64,000 nt of DNA, from assembly GCA_964247055.1 (NCBI GenBank), contig OZ176052.1:4588001-4652000 (forward strand), given 5' to 3'. The notes beneath the pieces were generated by a model, which was given only the letters and a program-made list of their open reading frames with translations, did not search any database and was not told where the DNA came from. Position numbers and translations under genes: made by a program. The DNA is from Paragordius varius (Eukaryota; Animalia; Nematomorpha). This document shows, one piece after another, positions 1 to 16,278 of this stretch (within the stretch, counting starts at the first letter, position 1; each line of letters starts with the position of its first letter).

Positions 1-2952
<2,952 letters not shown>

Positions 2953-5900
2953 TTCTCAAGAAAAAAAAACTATAAAAAAAATGCGTGCAAACTCACTTTT
3001 TAATGTAATACCATGCATTCATGATTTAATTATAAAATATATGTATTTATGGATTAATTGTGTAAAATTTTGAATGAATATGTATTATCTTGCCGTATAT
3101 CACTATACTTTTTTGTTAAGATTCAATTTTCATACATTGATGTGATAATCTTGATTTCATACAAAATACGTTAATGAATATTGATTGATAAGATAAAATA
3201 CTTTAAATATATTTATTATATGATATAATAATAGCATTTTTTATTGGCTTTTACTCACACAATATAATGTTATATAATTACTAGTACATTTTTAAATTTA
3301 TACATAATACTTTACTTAACTATATAATAAATTATCATCTGTTTTTGTTCTCCATTTATTCACAGAATTTAGTGTTGGTTTTTAATTGAACCCTACATCA
3401 ATTTATGTTGACTCATTAGTCAGAAAAAAAATCTTTTGAATATAATTTTTAAATGGGTTCTAAAAATTTATTAAGGAATACATCGAAACTTAAGCTATAG
3501 TTATATTAGTTAACCTATATTTTTTGTATTGGGAAAATTGGAATTTAAAACACACACTTTAATAAAGGTATTGACATAAAAATCAATTTACTTTTGGGAT
3601 TAATTACATTACAAATGGCTATCATCCCCTTGACAAAAATAAAATAGGCGCTTAAAATAACTTTATTAGATTATTCGTATTGTATTACTAAGCTAATTCC
3701 AAATTTAAGAAATGAAACCGGAATATTCATTATAATATTATATAAGTTTTGACATAAACACGGAATTTGATCTGTCGCTAATTTTCGAACTTTTTATCAC
3801 ACTGGAAATTAAATTGATTTTCCCTTGTTTCATTATTTTAATTCACACTAATGATTTAAAGATAACGAAAAATACATATATTTATCTTAATTTAAAAGTA
3901 CAATCATTTTTTAAAATAATAATAAATAATTAGATAACGCATGTGAAAATGAGTGGTTATTTTTTACAAGGGCTATAAAACTCCTTAACTCAACAATTAG
4001 GGGAGGCGTAAAAATCAAGCACCCCCTTTATTCAATTTTTAGCTATATTAACTTAAATCTAATTCAATAACATAGGTAAATTGCATAATATCATTTCTAG
4101 CAGATTTCATCCACTTAATTATAAGCATCTCACGTAAAATTATAAAAAATAAAATTTGACGGAACTTTACTATTTGTAAAGCATTTCGTAATTCTAAAAA
4201 GAAGCACGACAAAAGTATGTAAGTGAATATTTAAGTTGCAGGTATAATGATTCAAATTTTCCTTGATATTTTTCGGTTTAATTTAAGAATGGGATGAGCG
4301 GCAAGAAAGTTGAAAATTGGCTTAATGATGAATAATTACGGAAGTATCCAAGAAATTATTTTTCTAAAAATAAAACTTACAATATATACTTGTTTGTGTG
4401 AAAAGTTTAATATGTGTGACAAAATAGAAAGCCTATTTATTTTTCATGATAATATATTTTAATATAGCATATTTATGAGTTGTACATATTGTTTTAAAAA
4501 GTTTTTGTTATGCAACAATAATTTCAAGTAAACGACAAAAGACTTTATTAAAACTTTGACAAAGTACACATTCTAGCTTAACTCAGAATAAGAAAAGCAT
4601 ATTTAATGTCAAGGATCTATTTATAATTATCACAAAAATGTATATTAATAAAGTCGTTACATATTTTTGTATACACCCTTTTTGGCCCACAGTAAAGAAT
4701 TTACAAAAAAATAAAATATTATACATATATTTTAGATCAGTGGTCCTAAAAGTGCTTATTTATGGCCCTAAAGTACTTAATTTCAATATAAAAATTTGCA
4801 AATGCGTCAAACAGCATTAAAATTTTATCGTTATTATGGCCCTTAAGACAGAAAAAAACATTTTTTGCCCATTAAAATTTGCTAGTTAGTACCATCGTTT
4901 TAAGTTGATATAATTTTTATATGGTATTTTGCAGATAATCTATCATTTCGAAAGTGTGTACTCCAAGTTAATGAATCCATTATACTATGATATCATAATT
5001 AAATAGTCCTGGATTAAATGCACTGGAAGTTACCTCGTAGTTATAAAATTCAATTTACGTAAATATTTTAACAACTTTTTATTTCTGCCCATTAAATATT
5101 GATGAGTTAGTTTGTTATAATTAATGTACATTCTAACTATCCAATAACTTAGATGAGTATAAAATTAATATTTTTCATATTTTCCACATTGTTCAATTTA
5201 CAAACGTTTTTCGAATGAAGACATCTCAATATGTCACGGTAAACTATGCAGGCATATTGAATATTCAAACAGTGTTACGATTACTCAAATTGAATGCGAC
5301 ACACGACATAAAGACTTACTCCATAAAACATGATGCTGCTTATTGGTTCAAATTTATTCTCCATCCCTTACTATATATTCAAGGTAAAAAAGATTTTAAT
5401 TAAAATTAAGTAAATATAGTATCAAGTTGGCCGATTTCAAATGATATTAAGTTCATTTATGATTTACTTGAAATCGGACTTTATTTAAAAATTTACTTTA
5501 GTTAAGTTGTGCGGGTATATTGACGATTATCAGTTTTTTTTTACTGCTTTGACCTAAATTTCGTCTATTTTTGATATGGACTAATAGTTATTACAAAAAA
5601 ATATATAAAGTTCTTTAGCACACCTCTTAATCAATCATAATAACAATATTCCTTAAATTTTTTAGGGCCTATTAATTCATTTAAACAGTCCACAACTTAT
5701 CTAATCATAAATTGCAGCCGAAATCATTTTTGGGTTTAACAATTTGGGTGTTCTATTGGTAAACAGTCATATGGCACATATTTAGCTTCCACTCTTTTGA
5801 ATTCCTGGATGTCCTATTTTATAGATAAAATGTCACAGTAAACATATTCTTTTAAAAAAACAAAAAAATAAGGTTACCAATAAGTTTGAAAAAATGAAGA

Positions 5901-6719
5901 TTAATTTACAAAGTTATTATAGTTTGAACAGTTTGGAATCGCAGTTTCATTTCTAAATATGGTTTTTAAACCATAATATCTTATGTGGGCTTAATAACTA
6001 ACTATTTACCTGTTTAAACATAATAATTAATTTTCTTAATGATAATTGACAACTTAATAAGTGCTTCAATATTGATAAAACATATCGATATATTAAAAAC
6101 TTTTGCATGTATTTTTGAGTAAAATGGCAGGCAATTTCTCTACATAACCTGTTATACATTTGGGGGAATTTACACCAAGGAATGAAACATCTTTTAAAGG
6201 TAATATTTGGAAAATAAATTTTAAATAACAGGTGTAAAATCCGTAATATAATCTATTTAATTTTCGATTTCATTAGATTACGGATTTTACGACTGTTATT
6301 ACAAAACATAATCAATCCGTCATTTGCCATTGCAATAAATTTTAAAATTTATATCTTCAAAATGTTTACTTTTTACATTATACAGTCGAAATAGAGTTTT
6401 TTATCAAAATCAACTGCTAAAGTGTTAATACAACGGTTACAAAATAAGTACCGTAATACTTAGGCTGGATTTTTAATTAACGGTAAAAACATACAGTTTT
6501 ACATCCTGAAATACTGCACAGTTTTAACTTAAAATATGGAAAAAACTTTTTTTATTACGGTTTTTTATTTAGATAAAATAAATTTCATGATTATAGGCAT
6601 GCCCTAATTAGTTTATAGACGTTGTCCTTATAAATGTTATAGTAGTCATTATTGGGGGTGTATGATTCCCGGTATGCCTAATATTTTTTGTACTATTATA
6701 CATAAAAATATAATTTAAG

Positions 6720-9527
6720 CCAATTTTGGATATATCTTTAAATGGCACAAACACGCCCTTTTATAATTTTGATTGTCATAAATACATCCCATTTCTCTAT
6801 AAAATCGGTACTGATAATTCGGTTATTTTGCATTCATCTAATCGAAATGGTCAATACCTACAAAGAGAGACCATAAAAATTCTCTCTACGAATAAATATA
6901 TATATATATATATATAGTAAAAATTAAAATTATACGGACAAAACCTAAAAATATAAAGACAAATATTTTTTTCTAAAAGACAACCATACTTTATTAATAT
7001 TTTTAAAAATATAACTCATTGTTTTAAATCGTAAAGTATAAAATTTATATGTATATTGGTCACACAATCAATTATATAATTTATATTAGAAAAATAAATG
7101 TTTGTAAAAGTATAGGGTTGTCTTTTTGAAAAAATATTTTTCCTTATATTTTTACTTTTTGTCCGTATAATTTCAGTTTTAACTGTATATATATATATCA
7201 TAGGTTTTATTGGAAACATAATGATAATATTTCTGTACGTTTCTTACAAACGCAATACACGTCTGGTTGGTCGCATAACACCCGGTATCAAATTGGGAGC
7301 CATTAATTTTTTAATTCCTAGTTTGGCCACAACAGATCTATACATAACAGCGCTTGGTTTGCTTCGATGGTCCCTTATAAGAATTGCACCTTTACGAAGA
7401 TACACCGGTTGATTATTTTATATTAAACACAGCGTGCATTTAAAAATATCCATATATATAGCCTGTTAGATAAAAAAAAATACAATTTGCATGGTGCTTT
7501 TGGTGACCTACAAGAAGATATTCAATAAAGTTGTGTTAGCATTTATCCCAATAACTGAAAGTCGTAAAATGGCAAATTAATATAATATAAAATGATTTTT
7601 TGGTGGGAGTTTAATGTTAGCATGTTTATACATAAAATTTCAGAAAAAATATATTAAGATTATCTAAACTCATAGCTCTTTTCTGAAATTTTAAAATCTA
7701 TATTATATATATATATATACAGCAAGAATTTTTAGTGTTCAATATACGAATTATTAGATAAGAGGTATTTGAACACATTAAACTTGAATTTGTTTCCCCT
7801 ATATAATTAAATTTCAATAAATACAAAGCTTTTGGTATAGAATTATCTTAAGTAAAAGATGTGACATTTATTACCTGTAATATATAAAAACTAGGCATTA
7901 TTAACCCGACACCCCATGTAAAAAATACATGAATTAAAAGTGCTTACAAGATAATATAATGAGCTTGAAGGGAAAACTCTACAATCAGAAAAATATTTAA
8001 TTTTTCTGAATCAGTTCTCCAATTGGCTAAAGCTATAAAAAAAATTGCAATATTGTGTTTGCATTTTACAGTCTTTTGTTTGATATCTAATATATTATTT
8101 ATAAATGCCCATTTATATTTCAAATGTGCCCTCTGAAGCCACCTGTTTTGGACATCTTTGTGCTAAATGATGAGAGTTAATTACATAAAACAGAATAAGC
8201 CGTTAGGGTAAATTTTACCAAATAATAATTTTTAAAATATGTTTAAACCATTTAGTTTTAACGCCTGAGGGTTATTCCCATGCTCTTGCCGTGCATGCCT
8301 ACAGCTTTAAAATAGCACTGCGAATGAATACACTTATTGTGATGGGGATCGCGCTAGAAAGAGCCCTTTTAGTATGGAACCCGATAAAACATTTATATTG
8401 GTGCAATTCGACTTACATCACAAGAAATATCACCATTGGAATTGCTTTACTGATAAGTTTAGCTACCATACCAACTTGGTTAGTCACTATTGATTTAATT
8501 GAACTCGATCATGTCACTTATAATGTCTTCTTAAAGAAATACCAAAGACTTTCAGGGTATTATCCATCGTATTTATACATACCCAAAACATGGTTTGTTT
8601 GGTAAGTTATTTGACATTAATATGATATTATATACAGTATGCACATTGATGTTGGTCTATTCACATTATATTGGTCAATTGGTAATATACAGTAGGATAT
8701 GATATGATACATATTTTGTCCACAATTAAATAAATTTAATGTTGTAAGATAGAAAAAAATTGTAATTTCAACCATTTGTTGTTTTTACCAGGCGCAATTG
8801 TATTGCCAATCGGCCCAAAAAATGTGAATTCAACATATGTGCACACTGTATAGTCATAGATACGTAAGATAATATAAATGACTAAAAATTAATATTTAAA
8901 TTGTGTGTTAAAATTAATCGCACAAAATATAAAACAACTTTATACATTGTTTACGCTATAACCTTGTAAAGCTTGGACGGATTATTCAAATAAAAAGGAT
9001 TGTGTAAAATATGTTACAAAATAGTTCATGGTGCAAATATGTTTTGCTTATATAACCATTTTTATCATGGTTATAGGTATGAAGTTTGCCTCGAAAGTTT
9101 ATGCTCTTGGATCCCGTGTTTCATTATCGTTGGCATTAAAATCAAATTGATTCACAGTTTGTACGCTTGGATAAATGACCCGACACGCCGATCTCAAATA
9201 AAAACTTTGATTCGGGAACGTGAAACGACCTGCGTTGTGTTGTGTTTATGCATTTTCTATCTCATATCGATGGTACCGTCTGAATACGATTATTTAAGCA
9301 GTCTAATACGCGGTCCCCATTTTCACAATGTGAGAAAAGTGAATTCACATTCACACACAGAGCTCTTACAAACGCTGTACTTTACGCTAAATTTTTACAT
9401 TTTCCTCCTGGCAAACAGGAGAATCAAAAACTCGATACAGAAAACGTTTAAAATGTTGACACATAAGTTAACATACAAACCAGAAACGATCAAACTAATA
9501 TCACGAAAACCGATTGCATTAATATAA
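6720..9527 (+). CDS. Divergent rhodopsin-like (class A) 7TM GPCR, resembling FMRFamide/sex-peptide/myosuppressin-type peptide receptors; start-codon exon unresolved
   Basis: Exons 6720-6807, 7204-7407, 8256-8601 and 9077-9527 chain in phase (1, 1, 2) to ~360 codons. Motifs: N-terminal NGT glycosylation site; TM1 GFIGNIMII; TM2 SLATTDL; TM3 IALERALLVWNP (DRY-equivalent ERA); TM5 SWIPCFII; TM6 FYLISMVP; TM7 LNFYIF followed by a basic helix 8. Confidence 0.8.
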
Positions 9528-10085
9528 ATATTTATTTTATTCAAGCGATATTTCTTTTCTGTGTTTATATGCTATGGCCATTAGTCAATTTTTTATTGTG
9601 TTTTAATTTATTTAATTTTTATATTTCCATATAAAAATTTATAGGTTATATTTTGTTAATTTGAATTGATGTCACTAAATATCAAATAACGGCATAGAAG
9701 TGAAATGTATGCAAAATATAAAATATGGAATTACAACCTTATTGAATTATCGATTAAAAGATAATTTTTGGATTGTTATTAATTTATTTATATTTGGAAA
9801 AAGGATGATTTGTTAATATATAATATTTATTTAAGCTTTATAGTTCAAGAAAATTAATTCAAAAATGTTTATTATCACACTTTATTTATTAATTTTCCCT
9901 GATCTCATTTCATTTTCAAATTGTTTCATAATTTGAATCAATATTTGAAATTAATACCCAAAGTTTTAAATATGTATATGTGTACATTAACAAACGGTAT
10001 TGTGGTATAATTTAATTTATTATTATTAATGTTAGTATTTACATTCACAAGTACAAAAAGCTCATCATTATCAAAAATATATGGA

Positions 10086-10089
<4 letters not shown>

Positions 10090-10123
<34 letters not shown>
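10090..10123. repeat. (TA)n microsatellite
   Basis: Uninterrupted TA run between the convergent GPCR and CPES 3' ends. Confidence 0.95.
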
Positions 10124-10129
<6 letters not shown>

Positions 10130-10566
10130 AAATGTAAATTATATATTAAATGTTTAACTAATATATATTTATAAATTACCAAAATATAAATTATACAATG
10201 TTAAAATATTTAACACCAGGTATATAAATATATTACATGTAATTGTATGTGAGCACAAATTTAGTATATGGCGAAGAGGGAAAACACTATAAGCTAATGA
10301 CCAGATAGTTTTGAATATATTTAAAATATTATCATAAAAATAAATTAGGATTAATGGATTATTTTAAGCTATTTTGGCATAAATTGACATATAAATTAAA
10401 TTAATTTAGCATCTTGGCATAAATATATAAAGGTTGAAATGAATTTTGAAATTATTAATGATGGTAATAAAAGTGAAAAAATATAAGTATAAATGGGTTA
10501 AATGAGATTGCTTTAATGATATACGGTGTTGGTATATGGAATCAATTATCACAGAAATGTTGATTC

Positions 10567-13500
10567 TTAGGAAGAATGTAATATAGGACCAATATATTTA
10601 ATAGTCTAAAAATTAAATATATAGATAATTATTTAAATAGTAATCTTTTAAATTATCTAACTAATTCTATGACATTATAAACCTCAAGAAAATTAAAATA
10701 AAATTTAATAATTATCGCATTAATACATCGACATATTATGTGTCAAAACCAAAAAAACAATCATGAAAATATTTAAACTAACTTATATGAACTATTTCAT
10801 CCATATTTTCTTTAAAAAAGTATTAACTATTTACAGTTTTGTTTCAAAAAGTATTAATCAGTATACAAAAAGTTACAAACTTACATCATGTAGATGTATT
10901 TCCGTGGCGATGACTAGGAAGTTTACGACTATATACCCTACGAATTGGATCCAACATAGAAACTCCTAATATAAATATATTATAAAATGATAAACACAAT
11001 TGCCTGAATTAATTGGCACACATATTCAATAAAAAAATCTCAATTACAATCTTTGCTTCATAGTTACTAAACCTAAGGATACATGTCATGTTTTCCAAAA
11101 AATGCTTTTAATACCTATTCTTTGGGTAATTTTTTTTATACTGAGGGAAAATTTTACGGTAAGTGGGGTTAAATACAAATGTTAATTTAAAAAAATGGTC
11201 CCAATATTATCAATACAAATGATGTGAATGACTATAATTGAATTTAAATGGGTTTACCCATTTCCCGAAAAAAAATTTTTTTTGATAAACTATTTATAAA
11301 TGTTCGTATTTTTAAGCGCTATTTTCAAAGGTACTGAAAGCAAAAATTCATTATTTAAAATAGTTTGATTATGATTGGCGCACAACTATTAAATTAGTAT
11401 GGGTCCGGCCCCTACACGTTTTCCAGGGAAATGTTAATTCAAAGTCATATAAAAAATTTTAATGTCAGTAAAAACATTTAATTTTATATATTATATGCAC
11501 AACTTTAAAACATTAAACTTATTTGGTTATAACAACAATAAAAAAGTATTAAAAAAATAATTAAAGTTACCCTAATAACTATTAATTTATTAGGTTAATA
11601 CATTCACTCGTTTCCAAATATACAGTAAAATAATTTAAATTGTAAAAAACCCAAATTTTGTGCCCAACTTCAAAACATTAAACTTATTTGGTTATAACAA
11701 CAATAAAAAAGTATTAAAAAATTGATTAAAGTCATCCTAATAACTATTAATTTATTTAGTTAATACATTTACTCGTTTCCAAATATACAGTAAAATAATT
11801 TAAATTGTAAAAAACCCAAATTTTATGTCCAACTTTAATACATTAAACTTATTTGGTTATAACAACAATAAAAAAAGTTTTAAAAACAATAATTAAAATA
11901 ATCCGAATATTATTACTTTAATAGTTTAATACATTTAAAAACTTTCTTCTTTAAGTTTATGGCAAAATAATTTAAAATTGTGAAAAAACCCAAATTTTGT
12001 CAATGTAGATAGCAACCATCGAGATTTCCAAAAATGCGTGAGCATTGCACAAACGCCAAAACCAAATAATAATCCACATTGATGATGACTTTAATACTTC
12101 ATTCGCTAAAATCTGTGAAAAAACAAACAAACAAACATTAATTTAAATAATAAAAATATATATTACAAAAAATTTTAGTTTAGAAACTGAGATTTTTAAT
12201 TTTTTTACTAATTAAGTATATGATATTTCTGTTAACTATTAAAACACTAGTAAAAAAATATATGTGAGACGATATAACTTATGGTAATATTTTCAATAGT
12301 CATTTAATGATTGAAACAATTATTTTAACCACGGAAAATTTTAGCTATTAAATTTATTATATTTACAAAAAAAACAATAACATATTTTTACGCTAAAAAT
12401 ATATTTTAAATAAACTAAATCATATGACGTATATACACAAATATAATATTTGGCAACAGTACAATTATATTGAAAAAAAACAAAGGACTGAGTTTATAAA
12501 GTATATCGCAAATTATATTGTCTTCTAAAATTTGAATTTTATTATATCCAAAATAATTTATTTTTAAAAAGTACTAAATATTTCTGGGATTTTTCAAAAA
12601 AAAATAATATATAAAGTAAAGCACAAAACATCTAAAGTAAAAACTATTTTCTTGAAAATTAGAAAAAATATAATACTACCAAATCCATATATCTACTTTT
12701 TTTTCAGAAATAATATTCTTTCGAAATTCTTTAAAAACTTTATGAATAGGTCATGTTGTGTACCTGTTGTTTGGGTGTAGCATATTGATTTTCCAAATAA
12801 AAATGGTATTTTGTAATATATCTGTCCCAAAACGTTAAACTGATACACATCATGATGGCTATATTGAAGAGTTTTGAGCAAATGGCCCGATTCGTAACCA
12901 CAACAAATGATGTGGAAGAATTGGAATTTGGCATCCCTACAGAACATGGAACTTTTCCAACACCTCCACTTTCTAACAACTAAAACACATAAAAATGGGG
13001 AAAATATATCCATTAATTATAATGGTAAAAGTTGAGTGAGGACACGCAAAAAAATCAATATCTTAGTCTTGGAAAAAAAAGTTATGTTAGCAAACATAAA
13101 CATACTTATCTTGTGACACTCTATGGACATGGGTGATATAAAACAGTTTGTTAAATTTAAGATTTAAAAAACAAAATTTTTAAATACAACTAAATATGGA
13201 GACACATAATTATTTGAAGCAAAGTATTGGGTTTAATTGATATATGACCTGGTATCCAGTGTCATCTGCTTGGGTCGTGTTGAGGTACCGTTTTCTAATA
13301 TAAACATAAACTGCAATCATAAGGGCTAGTGAACCGAGAATATCTGCCAATCCATCCCAAACATATCCCCAGGTTCCATGTTCCGATTCCATAATATATC
13401 GTTTATTTTTGCGCTCCCTGGCTACTACCCCATCAAGAGCATCCAAAAATGTTCTAAGTTCAAATAACATTACACCAATACGACGCATATATAACCGGTC

Positions 13501-13839
13501 GGATGATATAAATTTTGTGGCCGCTATGAGAGCAATGGTAAAATGGACAAATGTTATCATATTTGCAGAGATTCCGGGGAAGATTACAGTAAACTTGAGA
13601 TAATCAACAATAAATTGAGCCAATGGAGTCCATATATAATGATTAGGAGGATCACACATAATTAATTTCATGGTCATATCCGAAAACGGAGTGTATAAAT
13701 GGGGCGCTTTTTGACTCAAATCTTGATATCCGGGTGGTTTGTGTTGAATATTGTAGTAAAGAATAATATCCATCCATAAAAAATAAGTTATAAGGATAAA
13801 GCCAACCACTAATGTAATTCTTTGATCCAAAGAATACAT
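10567..13839 (-). CDS. Cpes: Ceramide phosphoethanolamine synthase (CDP-alcohol phosphatidyltransferase family), 349 aa
   Basis: Exons 13839-13249, 12979-12764, 12112-11990, 10965-10885 and 10605-10567, all phase 0, GT-AG. CDP-OH transferase motif LDALDGVVARER..GYVWDGLADILG, plus segments typical of Drosophila-type CPES (ISANMITF; FWDRYITKYHFYLE; WFWRLCNAHA; DKIWEFL; TEIHL). The short last exon is the least certain. Confidence 0.9.
11496..11999. repeat. Tandem repeat of about 3 x 165 bp in CPES intron 3; the last unit overlaps the exon 3 / donor boundary
   Basis: Units start at 11496 (tgcacaactt), 11661 (tgcccaactt) and 11826 (tgtccaactt). Each contains cattaaacttatttggttataacaacaataaaaaag and ends in aaaaaacccaaatttt. 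Confidence 0.9.
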
Positions 13840-14539
13840 CTCTTATGCAAATGCTCGTCCCAAGTTTAAATATATTACAACCACAAAAACATTACAACAT
13901 GTGTAAAAAATAAATAGAACGCCTTATAACATCTAAATTTTTATGGGTTTTTGCTCACTGTGTATAAAATTCATATTTGATAATTATCTATATACCTCTT
14001 AATAAATTGTTAAAACATATTCTGAACAAAAAAATTGATTTTTATATTTTATAATGATTAAGATAGATTAAGGTCTATCAAGAAAGGGGTGTAGCATACT
14101 GTCCACAAAAGACATCCCTTGTTGTCCTTCCATACACCAGTTAATAGTGAATCAATGACAGCGGCCTAGTTGCGGCTGTGGTTGGGTTCATTTCTAGAGA
14201 TAACTGAGGTTAATATATATTTAACATAAATACCTTTCTAAATAATGTTTAAGTTCGATTAATGTGTGTTATGTTACTGATATGGCCTTAATTTTTTTAG
14301 TGTTTGTGTTTCTATAGGTTTTCTATCACATTATAAATTCCAGTTGGCATCCATTAAAAATCTCTGATAAGTGAGATGAAATAAATTAATACCTTTTATA
14401 TTTTTGATAATTTTGACATTTAAGTCCATAAAATATTTAGGGATTAACTTTGCTTAAAATAGTAGAGTTATGCATTTTGTCTGACCTCTTGATTGGAATA
14501 TATTCCTCCATACCCATAGTTCGAAATCCCGAAATGTAT

Positions 14540-14780
14540 CTACTTGGCAGCCTAATACACCAAAGACTCTCCTACTTCGGCCATATTTTGAGTTCCAACT
14601 CACTCAAAAAGTCATTGAGACTGGGAAAAGTGGCTGGTACTCGTAAAAGAGTAAAGAAAAACTCGCTGGATGTATAACATGTTTAAAGAAACAAACCATT
14701 AGTCAAACTAAAGGATAGATCTGGTACACGCAATGAGTGGAGAAGATATATTTTAAATGTTGCAGTTAGTCGGGATCGAC
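14540..14780 (+). mobile_element. RTE-clade non-LTR retrotransposon, degenerate 3' fragment
   Basis: Translation RLSYFGHILSSNSLKKSLRLGKVAGTRKR matches the conserved RTE ORF C-terminus (L-x-YFGH..LEK..MLGK..G.R.RG). The downstream 3' end (gcaatgagtggagaagatatattttaaatgttgcagttagtcgg-atcgac) is also present at 58743-58795. Confidence 0.8.
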
Positions 14781-15619
14781 AGCATAGAATTGCGGGACAG
14801 CGTTTAAAAATCGAATACAAAAATATAAATTTCATACAATAGGTATTCTTGCAATGTTTGTTTTGGCTTTACCCTTACCCAAAAATTTAACCCAGCATTC
14901 AGGATGTTCTGTTTATTTTCGAGTTTTGTTCATCATTTTTGCAGGTTATAATTAGTATTGATTGACACTTCATTACTCCCTTTCAAACTTTTTCGCCACC
15001 ATTTATATTTAATTATATCTGATCGCAAATACTAGCAATTGAATGCGTATTATGGTCGAAAATGTAAATAATTAACTTAAGAAATTTTTATGTTATTTAG
15101 CAGCAAATTGTGGATTATTTTATTTTCATATAGCTGTTTGTTTTAATTGTGTTTTAGAGCCTTAGGATTGGATAATTCCTTGATGATTGCCTTTTTGATC
15201 GTGAGAACTAATCAGGAAAATAATTTTTATTATACAGTTTTTAAATTTTTTAAGTATGTATATATTGTATAGATTATCGTAAAACTATATTAATGATCAT
15301 GTTTCACTTTTTTGCTATATTTCGAAACTGGTCATCATTTTTCGACTGGTAAAACCCAATACCCGTGGCTTAAGAGGTCACATTCCAAAAAATATCATCA
15401 ATACATATCATATACCATTGAAAGGCAAAACAATATTTTATTTTTGTTCTTTAAATGTTGGTGAGTTTCAAATTTTAAGCCGCCTCCCAAATAAGCTATT
15501 TTTTAAAAATGGACGCAAAAATGCCAGTATTTTGCGATAAGAATTATTAATGTTTGTTAGTTTTGACAATAAAAATATTTTTAAAATGCACACTTTGTCT
15601 AAAAATTTAATATTTAGCG

Positions 15620-15945
15620 AAATGAGGTGTACTTTGTGCCATTTCAAAGCATGATGGAAACGCTATAAAACGCTTTAAATGTTATAAACATTTCTTTTAA
15701 TTCCAGGCTGTTGAAAATTTTACCTCATTTAATTGGTAATTTGCTTTGAAAATTGAGGGAATTTCCGTAAAAAATATAATTATATTCATTATAATATGAT
15801 GACGAACTAATTTTTTCCCAAATTCTGAGGTCTAATAAATCTTTAATATTATCAAATTATATAGAAAAGGCGTTTTTATAGCATCTTTAGAGCGTTTACT
15901 GTTTCTACCATGATTTGAAATGGTATGAAGGATACGCCTCAACAT
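15620..15945. repeat. Degenerate foldback (long inverted repeat), probably internal to a non-autonomous DNA transposon
   Basis: tgaggtgtactttgtgccatttcaaagcatgatggaaacgctataaaacgct (from ~15623) is the approximate reverse complement of ~15870-15940 (..ttctaccatgatttgaaatggtatgaaggatacgcctca). A related sequence occurs at ~22875-22920. Confidence 0.55.
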
Positions 15946-16016
15946 TTTTTTAAATTACCTTTTTGAACAATGTATGCATTTTTTCAAAAATATTATTGTA
16001 ACGTCATAATCTAGAC

Positions 16017-16278
16017 CAGGGGGTCTCCAGCACAAGTGATATCCCTGGCCGCATTCGCAAATTATATAAGCATTAATAAATGCTTAACGAATTATAACTA
16101 CTATTTAGATAAACATTTATTGCTTTCATTGCCAAAAATGGGAAGGCCGTATTAAGAAAATTTGTTTAGTATTAATCTAGATTTTGAAAAAAGCATTCTC
16201 TATTTAAAAAATTTGGGTAAATAAAATTTCTCACGAGCTGCAAAAATATTTTGGAGGGCCTCGTCTTGGACACCCCTA
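16017..16278. mobile_element. hAT (Buster/Charlie-like) MITE
   Basis: TIRs cagggggtctcca / ttggacacccct, with the subterminal ggccgcatt motif. The left flank atctagac fits the NTCTAGAN target preference and the right flank atctgtac matches it at 6/8. Confidence 0.7.

Noticed and set aside
5215-5403. Short ORF on + and a possible minus exon MENKFEPISSIMFYG|gtaagt
   Set aside because: No homology and no compatible downstream exon; surrounded by TE-like AT-rich DNA.
8207-8255. Longer GPCR exon 3 starting at 8207 (would add KICLNH with a Cys)
   Set aside because: It is a phase-0 entry, but the upstream donor at 7408 is phase 1. The 8256 acceptor fits the phase and has a typical AT-rich intron end.
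9000-9076. 5' part of the listed ORF 9000..9527 as coding
   Set aside because: The phase-2 acceptor at 9076 joins exon 3 directly to TM5, so the upstream residues are intronic read-through.
11496-11999. CRISPR-like array
   Set aside because: Units are ~165 bp head-to-tail with no unique spacers, there are no cas genes, and the context is a eukaryotic intron.
14155-14200. tRNA gene (A-box-like gcggcctagttg, B-box-like gggttcatttc)
   Set aside because: The boxes are only ~12 nt apart and no cloverleaf can be formed. At most it is a decayed tRNA-derived SINE head upstream of the RTE fragment.
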